From Prorocentrum cordatum (lineage: Eukaryota): a stretch of DNA of 64,000 bases. Below the pieces are notes generated by a model. That model was not told the origin of the DNA. It worked only from the letters and a program-made list of their open reading frames with translations, and did not search any database. Below are positions 39,850 to 52,820 of this stretch, one piece after another (positions within the stretch are counted from its first letter, which is position 1; each line of letters opens with the position of its first letter). Location of the stretch: contig CAUYUJ010000002.1 in the NCBI GenBank assembly GCA_963575745.1, positions 186,001 through 250,000 on the forward strand. The letters are read 5' to 3'. The position numbers and the translations under genes were made by a program.

Positions 39850-41852
39850 AGATGCGGATGATGATGATGCTTATGTGGATGCTTATGCTATTGCTGCTGC
39901 TGGTGATGATGTTGATTTGATGGTGGTACTGGTGTCGCTGATAATGTTGATTCTGATATTGTGAATGATGATGATGGTGAAGGTGATGGTGATGATGATG
40001 CTGATTGAGGTGATGATGCTGATCATGATTGTGGTGGTGGTGATGATAATGATTGTGACTATGCTGATGAGGAGCACGACGCTGATGACGCATACGACGA
40101 CGACGAACACAACTAAGATGATGACGAGTACGACGATGATGACGAATGCGACGATGATGGCGAACACCACGATAATGACGGTAGCGAAATTGATGCACAC
40201 GACGATTTTCATGTTGATGGTGAGGATGATGTTGATGGTGATGGTGATGGTGATGATGATGGTGATGTTGATTATGGTGATGGTGATACTTATGATGATG
40301 GTGATGGTGCGGAAGATGATGGTTGATGGTGATGCTGAACATGCTGTTGATGATGATGGTGATGATAAGTATGACGATTGTTGTGATTATGTTGTTATGG
40401 TGCTGATTCTGACTACGGCGACAATGAGGTTGATGATGATGGTTGTGGCTATAGATGACGAGTACGGCGACGAGTTTGATGCTGATGATGCTGATGATGA
40501 TGGTGATGATGGTTATGATGCTGCTGATGATGATGCTGCAGATGATGCTGTGATGATGATCATGCTGCTGATTATGATAACGGCGACGACGAGGATGATA
40601 ATGATGCTGGTGCTGCTGATGATGATAATGATGATGGCGGTGGTGGTGGTTATGGTGGTGATGATGATGCTGATGGTGATGGTGATGGTGATGGTGATGG
40701 TAATGGTGATGATGCTGATGCTGATGATGACGATGACGATGATGATGATGATGATGATGATGACGATGATGGTCATTATAATGGTGATCATGATGGTCAT
40801 AATGATGATGACGACGATGCTGATGATTATGACGATGATGGATGGTGATGATGACGGATGGTGATGATGATCATGACGATGATGATGCCGATGATGATAA
40901 TGATGATGCTGATGGTGGTGGTGGTGGTAGTGGTGGTGATGGTGATGATGATGCCGATGCTGATGAGGATGAGGATGAGGATGATGATGAGGATGATGCT
41001 GATGCTGCTGATGATGCTGATGGTGATGATGCTGACGACGCCGATGATGACGACGCTGCTGATGATGCTGATGGTGATGATGATGATGATCATGGTGATG
41101 CTGGTGATGCTGATGATAGTGAGGCTGATGATGATGCTGATGGTGAAAATGATGATGATGATGCTGATGATGATGATGATGCTGATGATGCTGATGATGC
41201 GGATGATGCTGCTGCTGATGATGATGCTTATGTTGATGATGATGATGTTGGTGATGATGGTGATGATGATGGTGAGGAGGAGGATGAGGATGAGTATGCG
41301 AATACGGATGAGGATGAGGATGAAGATGAGGATGATGATGATGCCGATGCTGATGATGATGGTAATGGTGAGGATGGTAGTGATGGTGATGGTGATGATG
41401 ATGACGATTGCTGATGATGGTGATGATGCTGCGGATGATGATGCTGATGCTTATGATGATGATGATTTTGGTGATGATGGTGATGCTGATGATGACGAGG
41501 AGGATGATGAGGATGATGACGATGAGGACGATGATGATGATGAGGATGCTGATGACGATGATGATGATTATGGTGATGATGATGGTGATGATGTTTGTGA
41601 TAATGATGCTGATGATGATGATGATGACGATGATGATGATGCTGATGATGATGACGACGAAGATGATGATGATGATGCTGATTATGATGCTGATGATGGT
41701 GATGATGATGGTGGTGGTGGTGATGATGATCATGGTTGTGGTGATGATGATGATTGTGATGATGAAGCTGATGATGATGATGATGATGATATGATGACGA
41801 AGATTGAGACGATGATGATGATGATGCTGAGATGATGATGATGATATTATGA

Positions 41853-41894
<42 letters not shown>

Positions 41895-41995
41895 CTGATG
41901 CTGCTGATGCTGCTGATGCTGGCGATGCTGATGCTGATGCTGAGAGCTGAAGGCTGATGCTGATGCTGATGCTGATGCTGATGCTGATGCTGATG
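39850..41995 (+). repeat. Degenerate (GAT)n microsatellite ending in (GCTGAT)n
   Basis: Directly visible. Confidence 0.97.
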
Positions 41996-42105
41996 GAGGA
42001 GGAGGAGGAGGAGGAGGAGGAGGAGGAGGAGGAGGAGGATTCTCTCCGGCGATGCCATCAGCGCGCCACTGCCGCGGCCACAGCGCACTTCCGCTCCGCG
42101 GCAAG

Positions 42106-42219
42106 GACCGCCGCCGCGGCGGCCCCCGCTGGCGGCGCGCCCGCCGTCGAGCTGACCGCCGTGGCCACTGGCGCCGCCGTGGTGGCCGTCGCGCGCGAGG
42201 GCGCCCGCGCCTCGGCTGG
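42106..42219 (+). CDS. Candidate exon (TAAAAAPAGGAPAVELTAVATGAAVVAVAREGARASAG)
   Basis: Coding-like high-GC3 island between microsatellites, aag|G acceptor, GG|gtgcgt donor; 3' end uncertain. Confidence 0.45.
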
Positions 42220-42479
42220 GTGCGTGCGGAGCTCTCGGCGGCGTGCCGGGAGGGGGAGGGAGGAGGGCGAGAGGGTGGAGGGCGAGGGGGAGGCGGAGGG
42301 GAGGGGGCGGAGGAAGGGGGGAGAAGGAGGAGGGGGAGGAGGAGGGGGAGGAGGGGGAGAGGAGGGTAGGGGGAGGAGAAGGGGAGGGGGAGGAGGAAGG
42401 GGGAGAAGGAGGAGGAGGAGGAGGAGGAGGGAGGGAGGGGGGCGAGGTGGAGGGGAGGAGGAGGCTTCTGGCATTTGCG

Positions 42480-43235
42480 GGCGTTTCCGTCGGTTTCGGC
42501 ATGTCTTCCGCCGTCGGGATGCTTTCAAGCAGCTGCGCGTCGTCGAGAGCGTCCCGGGAGTGCCCGGATCGTCCCGAACGGCCGCCAGAGAGCCGAGCGC
42601 TCACCCAAAAGCGACCAGGCGCCCGAGGCAGGGCAGGTTTTCTCAGAAGGCGCGGCGGGGCTTCTCATAGAAGCCCTCGCGCCGCCTGCTCCTCCTCCTC
42701 TTCCTCATCGTCCTCCTCCTCCCCTTCACCCCTTTGCCTGCTCGGAGGTTCTCGATACAAACAGGGTTCCCAAAGAGGCTCGCTCAGAAGGTGCCGGTGT
42801 CTTCGGAAAGGGCCCACACAAGGCTCCTTGCGAGGCGCAAGGGCTTCTGAGCAGCCCCGCCGCGGCCCCCTCTTCGGGGGCGGCCGCGACGGAGGTGATA
42901 ATTAGGGGGGGAGGATATCATGGCGGGGCCACGATATCCACCCGGCACATGCCGCCGGCCATGATTTGCGCCCCCCTCTCCCTCTTGGACGCCCCCCTCT
43001 TGGCCGCCCCCGACCTCTGCGTTCTCCCCTGGGCCCGCCGTCGAGGAGCGGGTGCGGCAAGGGTGGGGACGAGGGGGCCCCGGGGCCTTTGACGGTTTGG
43101 CTTCGAGGTTCGAGTGTTTCGGTCGTTCTTGGCGGTTTTCCAGCCTCGGGATGCATTCCAGCAGCTGCGTTTCGCCGGGAGCGCTCCAGGAGTGTCCCGA
43201 TCGTCTTGAACAGCCGCCAGAGGATCTCGGTGTGG
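42480..43235 (+). repeat. Two copies (42480-42600, 43110-43235) of a ~120-bp dispersed repeat; an inverted partial copy at 39380-39460
   Basis: Shared tcgggatgc...agcagctgcg...ggagtg...gatcgtc...gaac-gccgccagag. Confidence 0.65.
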
Positions 43236-43271
43236 CGTGACAGCCCAGATTTCTGGCGATGTCTTTGCTCA

Positions 43272-44100
43272 GTCGACGATGATGGTGATGTTGATGGTGA
43301 TGTTGATGGTGATGTTGTTGTTGATGGTTATTCGTATGATTCCGATTCTGATTATGATTATGATGATGCTGATGCTGATGCTGATGTTGCTGCTGATGAT
43401 GATGAGGATCATGATGATGATGATCATGATGAGGATATTGGCACTTATGATTATGCAGATGATGCTGATGGTGAGGATGCTGATGACGCTGATGATGCTG
43501 ATGATGATGATGATGAGTTTGTTGATGATGATGATGATGAGGGTGATGATGTTGATGATGACGATGATGCTGATGATGATTGTGGTGGTGATGATGATTG
43601 TGATCATGATGATGGTGATGATGCTGATGATTATGATGTTGCTGCTGCTGATGATGATGCTGATGATGATGATGATGATGGTGATGATGGTAGTGGTGGT
43701 GGTGGTGATGATGACGACGATCACGACGACGACGACGATAACGATGATGATGATGATGATGACGATGATGATGATGATGACGATGATGATGATGATGACG
43801 ACGACGATGATGATGATGATGTTGATGATGATGCTGATGTTGATGATGACGATGATGCTGATGATGATTGTGGTGGTGATGATGATTGTGATGCTGCTGA
43901 TGATGATGATGATGATGATTATGATGTTTCTTGCTGCTGCTGATGATGATGCTGATGATGATGATGATGATGATCATGATGATGATGATGATGATGATAA
44001 TGGTGATGATGGTAGTGGTGGTGGTGGTGGTGATGGTGATGATGACGACGACGACGACGATCACGACGACGACGACGATAACGATGCTGATTATGATGAC

Positions 44101-44161
<61 letters not shown>

Positions 44162-44165
44162 TTGT

Positions 44166-44220
<55 letters not shown>

Positions 44221-45428
44221 CATGATGATGATGATGATGGTGGTAATGGTCATGATGGTGTGTTTCGTCGTTTGTGCGAGTCCTGTGCCTGTGGCGCGTC
44301 TCTGGTGGCTCTTTGGGACTCTGCCTACCCCAGATGTGCCCTTGGTGGCATAGCTGGCTGAGCCTACATGTAAGTCGGGCATGCCCCTCTACAGGNNNNN
44401 NNNNNNNNNNNNNNNNNNNNNNNNNNNNNNNNNNNNNNNNNNNNNNNNNNNNNNNNNNNNNNNNNNNNNNNNNNNNNNNNNNNNNNNNNNNNNNNCGGCG
44501 TCGGCTGGGCACAAACATGCGTCCCGAGGGAGGACCATGATGAGTATGAATGTGAGTATGAGTATGTGTCTGATGACGGGTACAGTGACGACGATCGTGG
44601 TGGTGGTGATTACGGTGGCGTCGATGGTGATGATGACCATGATGATGTTGGTCATCATCGTGGTGTTGACGACGGTAACGATGATGTTCATGTTGTCGGT
44701 AAAAGTGATCATGAGATGATGATGGTGATTCTGATGATGATGTCGATTATGATGGTGATGATGATGATGGTGCTGATGCTGATGCTGATGCTGATGCTGC
44801 GATGATGATGATTATCATGATGATGGCGACTATGATAATGACGACGGTGATGATGACGGCGAAGGTGATGGCGACGGCGATTGCGATGGCGATGATGACG
44901 GTGAGGCTGATGAGGATGGTGATGGTGTTTTTATTTGCTATGATTGAGGTCATGGTGACGGTGACGGCGATAATGACGGACACAGCCACGACGATTATGA
45001 CCACGATTCCGATGGTGGTGGTGATGTCTACGATGGTGTTGGTGATGGTGATGATGATGATTATGATAGTGATACTGATGAAGACGATGACGATGAAGAT
45101 GACGACGATGATGATAACGATGTTGGTGCTGATGACGATGATGATGATGCTGATGATGAGATGATGCTGTTGATGCTGATGATGCTGCTGATGATTATAG
45201 TGCTGATGATGATGACGATGGTGATGATGATGATGATGATGATGATGATGGTGGTGATGCTGATGCTGCTGTTGATGATAATGATGATGAGGATGGTGCT
45301 GAAACTGATGATGATGCTGCTGCTGATGATGATGATGATGGTGGTGGTGATGCTGATGATGATGATGGTGGTGGTTGTGGCGATGGTGATGGTGATAGTA
45401 ATGGTGATGGTGATGATGGTGATGATGG
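43272..45428 (+). repeat. Degenerate (GAT)n tracts on both sides of the gap (43272-44258, 44538-45428)
   Basis: Directly visible. Confidence 0.95.
44396..44495. other. Assembly gap (100 N)
   Basis: Run of N, immediately preceded by a family A left TIR (taagtcgggcatgcccctctacagg, 44371-44395). Confidence 0.99.
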
Positions 45429-45510
45429 CGGTGGGGAAACGCCTGAAGAACGTGAGTGCGATCGGGCTACCTTGCCTCGCCCTGGCGGCCCTCCAGTCCG
45501 AGGTTCGCAG

Positions 45511-45545
45511 GGCGTCGCGCCGCTGGGCGTGCCGCTGCACGGGAG
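45511..45545 (+). CDS. Candidate micro-exon (GVAPLGVPLHG-R)
   Basis: cgcag|G acceptor, AG|gc donor, every codon ends in G/C; phase 2 matches the exon at 53088. Confidence 0.4.
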
Positions 45546-46469
45546 GCCCCGCGCGAACGGCGATCGCGGGAAGGGGCGGAGGCAGGGCTGCGCCTCGCGG
45601 GTGCCCGTCCTCCCTCGGTGCCTCCCTCCATCCTCCTCCCTCCTCCTCCACATCTTTTCCTCCCCCCCGCCTTCCCCCACAGGCTGGGCCGCGTCCCGAC
45701 GCCGAGTTGGTGTTGGGGCGGGGGTGTCGCCTCGGGGAGGGCTTCCTCCAGCCTTCTCTCTTCGCCCCGCAGCTGCGTCCTGCAGTGGCATCCGGGAAGT
45801 GCTAGGACGGGCGAGGCCCCAGTGGTGGTGAGCGTGAGTTCTCGCGCTGCCCATCCCCACCCTGTGTTACTGGTGTCCGCCCGGCACGGGAGTCCCCTGG
45901 GGCCCTTCTGGAGGGATCCCTTCATCCCCCTCGCCCCGGGTCGGGGCCCCAGCTGTAGCCTCCCCTGTCCCGGGGATTCCTGCTCGCCAGGGATATGGGG
46001 CTGGTGCAATTGGGCCGTCCTGTGGTCGGGGTGGGTTGAGGAGGGTGCCCCAGGATGGCCCCCCCCCCCCAGGGTGCCTCTCGGAGCGAGTGACGCCGTA
46101 ACGCTGCGGCACTAGACCCCCGCGACAGGTGGTGAGCTACCCCCCAGCCATTCCTGAGTGGGAGGTGTTGCTAAAGGGGCCGTACCCGCGGCCCCACCCA
46201 ACGCTTACCCAAGCCACCACTACCACCACCTCCTCCCTTCCTCCCCCCTCCCTCCTCCCTCCCTCCTCCCTCCTCCCTCCCTCCCTCCCTCCCTCCCTCC
46301 CTCCCTTCCCCTCCTCTTCCACAATTACACAATATGAAAATACTCTCCCACTTCCCCTGATGGCGTCCCGAAGATATCCGACACCCCCCCGCGTATTGTT
46401 TTTTACACACAGGATTCCCGGGAAACGGGTTTTCGCTTGTGTTCTGTTTCAAAATGCTGCTCTCGCCGA

Positions 46470-46632
46470 GGCGCCGGCCTCATTTTCGGGCCCCGCTCGT
46501 TCCGAATCGTGCTCCCGCTGCAGCGCTGGCCTCATTTCCGTGCTGCCGCTCGTTCCGAATCGTGCTCCCGCTGCAGCGCCGGCCTCATTTCCGCGCTTCC
46601 GCCCGTTTCGACTCGTGCTCCCGCTGCAGCGC
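46470..46632. repeat. 52-53-bp tandem repeat, 3 copies
   Basis: ggcctcattt...ccgctcgttccgaatcgtgctcccgctgcagcgc at 46476, 46528, 46581. Confidence 0.9.
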
Positions 46633-46677
46633 TTTCCCATGCCATGCCACAGCACACGCGCACACGCACACACACAC

Positions 46678-46698
46678 ACCACCACCACCACCAGCACC

Positions 46699-46729
<31 letters not shown>

Positions 46730-46776
46730 CCACCACCACCACCACCTGCACCACCAGCAGCACCACCACCACCACC

Positions 46777-46807
<31 letters not shown>

Positions 46808-46958
46808 CCACCACCACCACCACCACCACCACCACCACCCACCACCCACCACCACCACCACCACCACCACCACCACCAGCACAGCACCACCACCACCACC
46901 ACCACCACCACCACAACCACGCACACACGCACGCACGCACGCACGCGCACCACCACCC
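46678..46958 (+). repeat. (CAC)n microsatellite
   Basis: Directly visible. Confidence 0.95.
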
Positions 46959-47904
46959 ACTAGTCCGCGGATAGAGAAAATCAGCGCCATGGTAAGGGAT
47001 GGGAGGGAGGGGTAGGACGTCAGATATGACGCGCGCGCACCTAGCTTGTCCTCCTCCCTCCCTGCCTCCCTCCTTCCCTCCCTCCCTCCCTCCCTGCCTC
47101 CGTCCTCCCTCCTCACTTCCTCCTCGTCCTCCCTCCATCTCCCATTCCCTCCCTCCCTCCCCCCTCCATCCTTCAACCTCCCTCCTCGTCGTCCCTCGTT
47201 CTCCCTCACTCTATCCTCGTCTCGCGATCGCGGGAAGGGGCGGGTGGATCGGTTCCTCCGTGAACAAACCGCAATCGCGGGAACGGACGGAGGGACGGGC
47301 TGCACCTCGTCGTATCCGCCCTCCCGCCCTCCTTCCCTCCATCCTCTCTCCTTCCTCCTCCTCCTCCTCCTCCTCCTCTCCTCCTCCTCCTCCCTCCCTC
47401 CCTCCTCCCTCCCTCCCTCCCTCCCTCCCTCCCTCCCTCCCTCTTCCTCCTTCTTGCCCTGGGTTGCTCTCCCTTGCCGCCTGCGCATCTCGCACTGCTG
47501 CTGGGGCTCATAGCGTGGTATGCCCCCCCCCCGCTCGCCCCCCTTGTTCTGTGCCGTTGCTGCTTGTCGATGGATTGGGAAGTTGTCAGTCGATTTGTTG
47601 TTTGTTGCTTGTTGCTTGCATCTCTTGTGTGCAGCCCGTGCAGAGATGAACCGCCTCGGCACGGGCTGCGCACCGGCATCCGCCCTTTCTGGAACGGGTC
47701 TGCTGCTGGTGTTAAGTCGGGCCTGTCCCTCTACAGGAGGAATGTCCCCAAACAGTCAACAATAGTTTTGGGACGATTGTGACTATTTTTGGATATTCGT
47801 TTTGGGTTATTACTCAGCAGTAGTGTCAAAAGAGCGAGCATCATGACACTCCAGGGGGGTCAGGGCGGAAGCCGGCAGAAACCGGGAGAATCCGGCGGAG
47901 CTCA

Positions 47905-48215
47905 TTCCGTGCGTGCAGGTACGCACGGGAGCCACCTCGGCGCCATCGGAGGTGCGTTCCGTGTGTGCAGGCACGCACGGGAGCCACCTCGGCGCCATCG
48001 GAGGTGCGTTCCGTGCGTGCAGGTACGCACGGGAGCCACTTCGGCGCCATCGGAGGTGCGTTCCGTGCGTGCAGGTACGCACGGGAACCACTTCGGCGCC
48101 ATCGGAGAAGCGTTCCGTGCGCGCAGGTACGCACGGGAGCCACTTCGGCGCCATCGGAGGTGCGTTCCGTGCGTGCAGGTACGCACGGGAGCCACCTCGG
48201 CGCCATCGGAGATGC
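47905..48215. repeat. 52-bp tandem array, 6 units, two hairpins per unit
   Basis: ccgtgcgt-gcaggt-acgcacgg and cacctc-ggcgccatcg-gaggtg; units at 47907, 47959, 48011, 48063, 48115, 48167. Confidence 0.95.
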
Positions 48216-48374
48216 GGCGGAGGCTGAGGCAGGCTGAGGCTGAGGCTGAGGCTGAGGCTGAGGCTGAGGTTGATGCCGTCTGCATTCGCGTGGTTCTTCT
48301 CAGCCTGCATTCGCGTGGTGCTTCTCAACCTGCGCTCGTGCGCAGCCGTGGATAGTGAGATACGGTGCACCTCA

Positions 48375-48770
48375 GCACGTTTCGTTTGAGGCTGAATCCA
48401 TTGATAGCAGTGTCTCGTTTGGACTTACATCCACTGATAGCAGCGTCTCGTTTGGAACGAACACAAAAACAATGTGCTGTCTCGTTGATAGCAGTGCCTC
48501 CTCTGCAGAGACATCCACTATTGATCGCAGCGTCTCGTTTCCAGACGCATCCGTAGTAGTAAGTAGTAGTGTTTCGTTCGAAATTAAATCCATTGATACT
48601 CGTGTCTCGTTTGGAGCGGAAACCATTGATAGCAGCGTCTCGTTTGCACCTACACCCCTGCATAGCAGCGTCTCGTTTGGAATGAGCACAAAAAGAATGT
48701 GCTGTCTCTTTGGTAGTAGTGCCTCCTTTGCAGACACGTCCACTATTGATCGCAGCTTTTCGCTTCCAGT
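48375..48770. repeat. Array of 20-bp cores (tgatagcagYgtctcgtttg) with variable linkers and a 225-bp higher-order duplication
   Basis: About 10 cores; unit lengths 33, 51, 36, 39, 33, 33, 33, 51, 36. Confidence 0.85.
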
Positions 48771-49949
48771 CAAATCCGAACATGCATCTAAAGAAGAATG
48801 CTTCCATATATGCTCATACACATGGCTGTCAGGTTGCTTCGCTGGGATAATTTTACACTGTTCGTTTAAATGCTGCCTGTAGGGGGACATGCCCGACCTA
48901 ACACGGGTGAGATGAGCCACCAAGGCTGTGAAAGCCTCGTTTCGGAGCACGCCTCGCGGCTCAGTTCTAGACGCCCCATCAGGCATGTCCTGCCTCGTAC
49001 TCTACTGGGACAGGGGAAACACGAGTGCTCTATTCTCTCAGGGGGGAGCACGTTTCAGGCTCTCAGCTGACCCTTCAGATGGCTCAGGGGGGCTGGAAGT
49101 CGAGGCGCCCCTCGCGCACTTTGGTCCCCATGGACACCCTAAAGGCCGTCCGACACCCCACGGGACGCCAAGAGGGTCCCGAGAAACACTGCAACGACTG
49201 ATATCGACCCTCGTCGGGGCAGCACCCCCAACACCCATGATTTTAACATCTGAGTGCAAGCTTCCCCCTGGGGACCCGCCATGACTTCCGCTCTTCGGGC
49301 TCAATAACATCTGGCCGAAGTCAGTCGTGCTCCCCCGAAACCTGTTCCCCCGCGGATCCGTATGAGAAGCCGGAGTCGAAGTACTGGTTTTACGCCGGAA
49401 AGGGGGCGTCGTTGAGAGGGTGCTTGACACGGATGCGGGGAGCGGGGTGGCGTCGGTGTTTGGAGCTGGCGGTTTGCGTGGCAAGTGCGTCTACCTGGCT
49501 GCATTTGTTTGGGTCGCGTGACGGGTGGAAAAGGCCGCCCACTATCAAGTGGCAGTCCTCTGCCCGCGTGCCAGAACATATCGTCGCACGCTCGCAACGT
49601 GGTGTGGGAAAAGGGGGTTGGGAAGAGAGCGCGAGTTTCCTTCCGAACAAGTCCTTTCGATAGGCAGCAACAAATTCTTTCTCTGTTCATATGCCGCACG
49701 GCCAACCGAACGAACGAACGACTGTCTCGGCGCGCAGTGTTAGCTTCGCTTGCGCGCATCCTGGCTTCCTTCCGTTGCTTCCTTCGCTTCTTTCTCGCCC
49801 TCTTCCTTTTCCTCTTCTCCTGCTTTTCTTGTCCCGGCGCGCGAAAAACGCAACCCAAAGGGCGTTGCTGTAATTCTTCTGTGTGCCACGAAGTCTCGTG
49901 CAATTCCTTTGTGAACGGTCTGGTTACAGTGCCAAAGCGGGGGGCGCGC

Positions 49950-52588
49950 AAAGGAATTCTAGACGCTTCGCGTATCCCCACCAACCCATCCAGAAACGAT
50001 GTCCAGGCGAATTGAGAGGTGATCAAAGAAGTGCGGGAGCAAAGAGGGGGCCGGTCGAACCGTGTGAAGGAAAGAGGGCGAAGGAGACAATTTGATGGAT
50101 AGATGAGGGGGTGGTGAGAAGGAGGATGAAGTGGAGGAGGAGGAGGAGGAAGAGGGGGGGAGGAGGATGAGAAGGGATAGGAGGAGGAAGGAGGAGGATG
50201 AGAGCAAGCAACAGGACCAGAGGTCTCTTGGATGTTTCTCGAAGCCTCTTGGGGTATCTCCTGGGCGTCTTGGGACGTCTCGGGGATCTCTTGGCGGTCG
50301 TGGGGGGCTCTTCGGCGTCTTGGCTGCCTGGGGGGGCCTCTTGGGGCCGCTTGGGATCCTTGTGGGGGCCTCCTGGGGGCCTCTTGGGGGCCTCTTGGGG
50401 CCATTTTCGGGCCATTTTGGGACCTCGATTTTTGGGGCCATCTTGGAAGAGATCGATCAAACAAGAAGGGGGCATTCATGAGGGCTCCCCCTTTCAGGAG
50501 ACCAAGATGGGGTCAAAACCGTGGTAAAACCAATGATTATGGCTTCCTCGTCGAGGCCGTTTGGACGTTCCGACGACTCGCGGAATCCCCTTGTCCAGGT
50601 CCCCAAAGGGAGGGGGTAGGGGAAGGGGTAAGCCCCTCCCCGAAGGGGAAGAAGGAGGGGTGGAAGAGGAAATTCCTTAAACCACCGACGCCCAGAGGGC
50701 TTGTGGGATTTCCTTTGTGTGCGATCGTTTTCGCCGGCCCCACAAAAGCACGCGCGATTCGTTTGTGTCGAGCTTGTTTTCCCGCCTCGACAAGCGCACG
50801 GGGCCTGGCGCTACAAACGCAAGGCCGCGGCGCCTGGCAGTGCGATGCAGTTGCGTTGGATACCACGCCCAACGTGATCCGACGTGGATTTCGGCACTTA
50901 TGCCGAAGTCGCGCTGGCAGGTGGCCAGCCACATCGCTGGCCTTGCATGCCCTCGCGCGCTACTGCGTTCTGCTGCCGCGACGCGTGCTGCTGTCAACGG
51001 ATGAACACACTGACGTTGCATGCTGGTTTGGCGGTGCTAAACCACCATGTGATGTCAGTTGGTAGCGGAGCTTGGGATTTTGCCGCCGCCGACAGCGCTG
51101 CCACACCATACCTTTCAATTGCATCTTAGAGCACGGCCGTACATCCACCCTGGGTCGGATCGATGGGGATCCAGTGGCATGGGTGCACATGCGTTGCGCC
51201 GTTGGTGGTGCCAAAACCCTTTGTGTGAAATCCCGCATGTGGTTGAGGGAGTTTCCTCTTCCACCCCTCCTCGCCTTTCCGGGCAGGGGTTTATCATTGT
51301 TCCCTATAGTCTACCCCCCCCCCCACATTCGACTGGGAGCCAACCCGAGTCAATGAGGGCACCCCCCACCATCCCTTGTAAAACAGCACAAATCACACCG
51401 CGCCTCCAAATTCGGAGCATGCGCAGCGAACCCGATGCGGCCTCCCCCCCGCCATCCCTGTCGAAACAATCATACAGAGTACACTTGGCGGCGGCGGCGG
51501 CTGCGGCGGCTGCGGCGGGGGTAGCGGCTGCGGCCGCTGCGGCGGTGGCGGCGGCGGTGGCGGCGGCGGCGGGGGCGGCTTCGGCGGCGGCGGCGGCGGA
51601 GACGGCGTCGGTGGCGGCAGCGGCGGCGGCACCGGTGGCGGCAGCGGCTGCGGCGGCCGCGGTTCGGCAGCGGCGCGCGGCGGCGGCGGCGCGGTGGCGG
51701 CGGGCGGCGGCGGCGGCGGGGGCGGCGCGGTGGCGGCGGCGGACAGCGGCGGACAACGGCGGCGGCGGCGGCGGCGGAGGCGGCGGCGGCGGCGGCGGCG
51801 GATTGGCACCCAGTAGCTGCCCATCCAAAGACGACTGTTGCATATGCTGCGGTTCGGGCCAGACCTGGGTGGTACGTATGTGTTGGGAGGGCGGGTTGGA
51901 GTGAGCGAGACGGCTTGCGGGCGGGGAGGGGGTCTTGACCCATCCCCCTACCCCCTCCCGTGGACCTGGACAGGGGGTTTGGCGAGTCGTCGGAGCGTCC
52001 AAAACGGCCTCGGCACTATGGTTTTGGCTCCATCTTGGCCTCCTGAGGGGGGGCCTTGATTGATGCCCCCTTCTTATTTGATCGATCTCCTCCAAGATGG
52101 CCCCAACAAGTGCCCAGGAGGCCCCAAGATGGCCCCAAGAGGCCCCCCAAAGGCCCCCAGGAGGCCCCCACAAAGATCCCAAGCGGCCCCAAGAGGCCCC
52201 CCCCAGGCACCCAAGACGCCGGAGAGCCCCCCACGACCGTCAAGAGATCCCCGAGACGTCCCAAGACGCCCAACAGATACCCCAAGAGGCTCCGAGAAAC
52301 ATCCAAGAGACCTCTGGCCCTTGTTGTTTGCTCTCATCCTCCTCCTTCCTCCTCCTATCCCTTTTCCTCCTCCTCCTCCCCCTCCGCCCCCTCCTCCTCC
52401 TCCTCTTCATCCTCCTTCTCCCTACTCCCTCATCCATCCATCCAATGTTCTCCTTCGCTCCCTCTTTCCTTCGCACGGTTCGGCCGTCCCCCTCTTTGCT
52501 CCCGCGCTTCTTCGATCAGTTCTCAACTCGCCTGGACATCGTTTCTGGATGGGCTGGTGGGGATACGCGAAGCGTCTGGAATTCCTTT
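49950..52588. repeat. Inverted pair of a ~650-bp element (49950-50625 and 51935-52588) around a 1.3-kb spacer containing (GCG)n
   Basis: caaaggaattctagacgcttcgcgtatccccaccaacccatccagaaacgatgtccaggcga at left and its reverse complement at 52525-52588; homology continues to the inner ends. Confidence 0.92.
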
Positions 52589-52820
52589 GTGTGTATGATG
52601 TTTTCTGGTCTACTCGTCCTCGTCGTCCTCCACCTCCTTCCTTCCTCCAAATTATGGTGGTGGTGATGGAAAACAGGCCCATCATACTCGTAAGCCCCCC
52701 TGGTGCCATATCGGGCCCTTGTCGCGCCCTCCGCTGCTTCGGCTCCCCATGGCGTTTGACTCCGCGTTAGCGGTGGGGTGGTTGTGCTGGCCTCCGTGAG
52801 GCGCTTCCCACGGAATAGCA

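Larger units (their letters stand above)
47712..48901. mobile_element. TIR family A element enclosing two different tandem arrays
   Basis: ttaagtcgggcctgtccctctacagg ... cctgtagggggacatgcccgacctaa. Confidence 0.65.

Noticed and set aside
39827..45430. Poly-M/D/H/I ORFs, and poly-V/S/T/L/Y ORFs elsewhere
   Set aside because: Products of (GAT)n and (GTA)n/(TAC)n microsatellites.
48375..48770. CRISPR-like repeat/spacer appearance (also 59040-59705)
   Set aside because: Linkers are related to each other and duplicated, lengths are irregular, repeats are degenerate, there are no cas genes and the context is eukaryotic.
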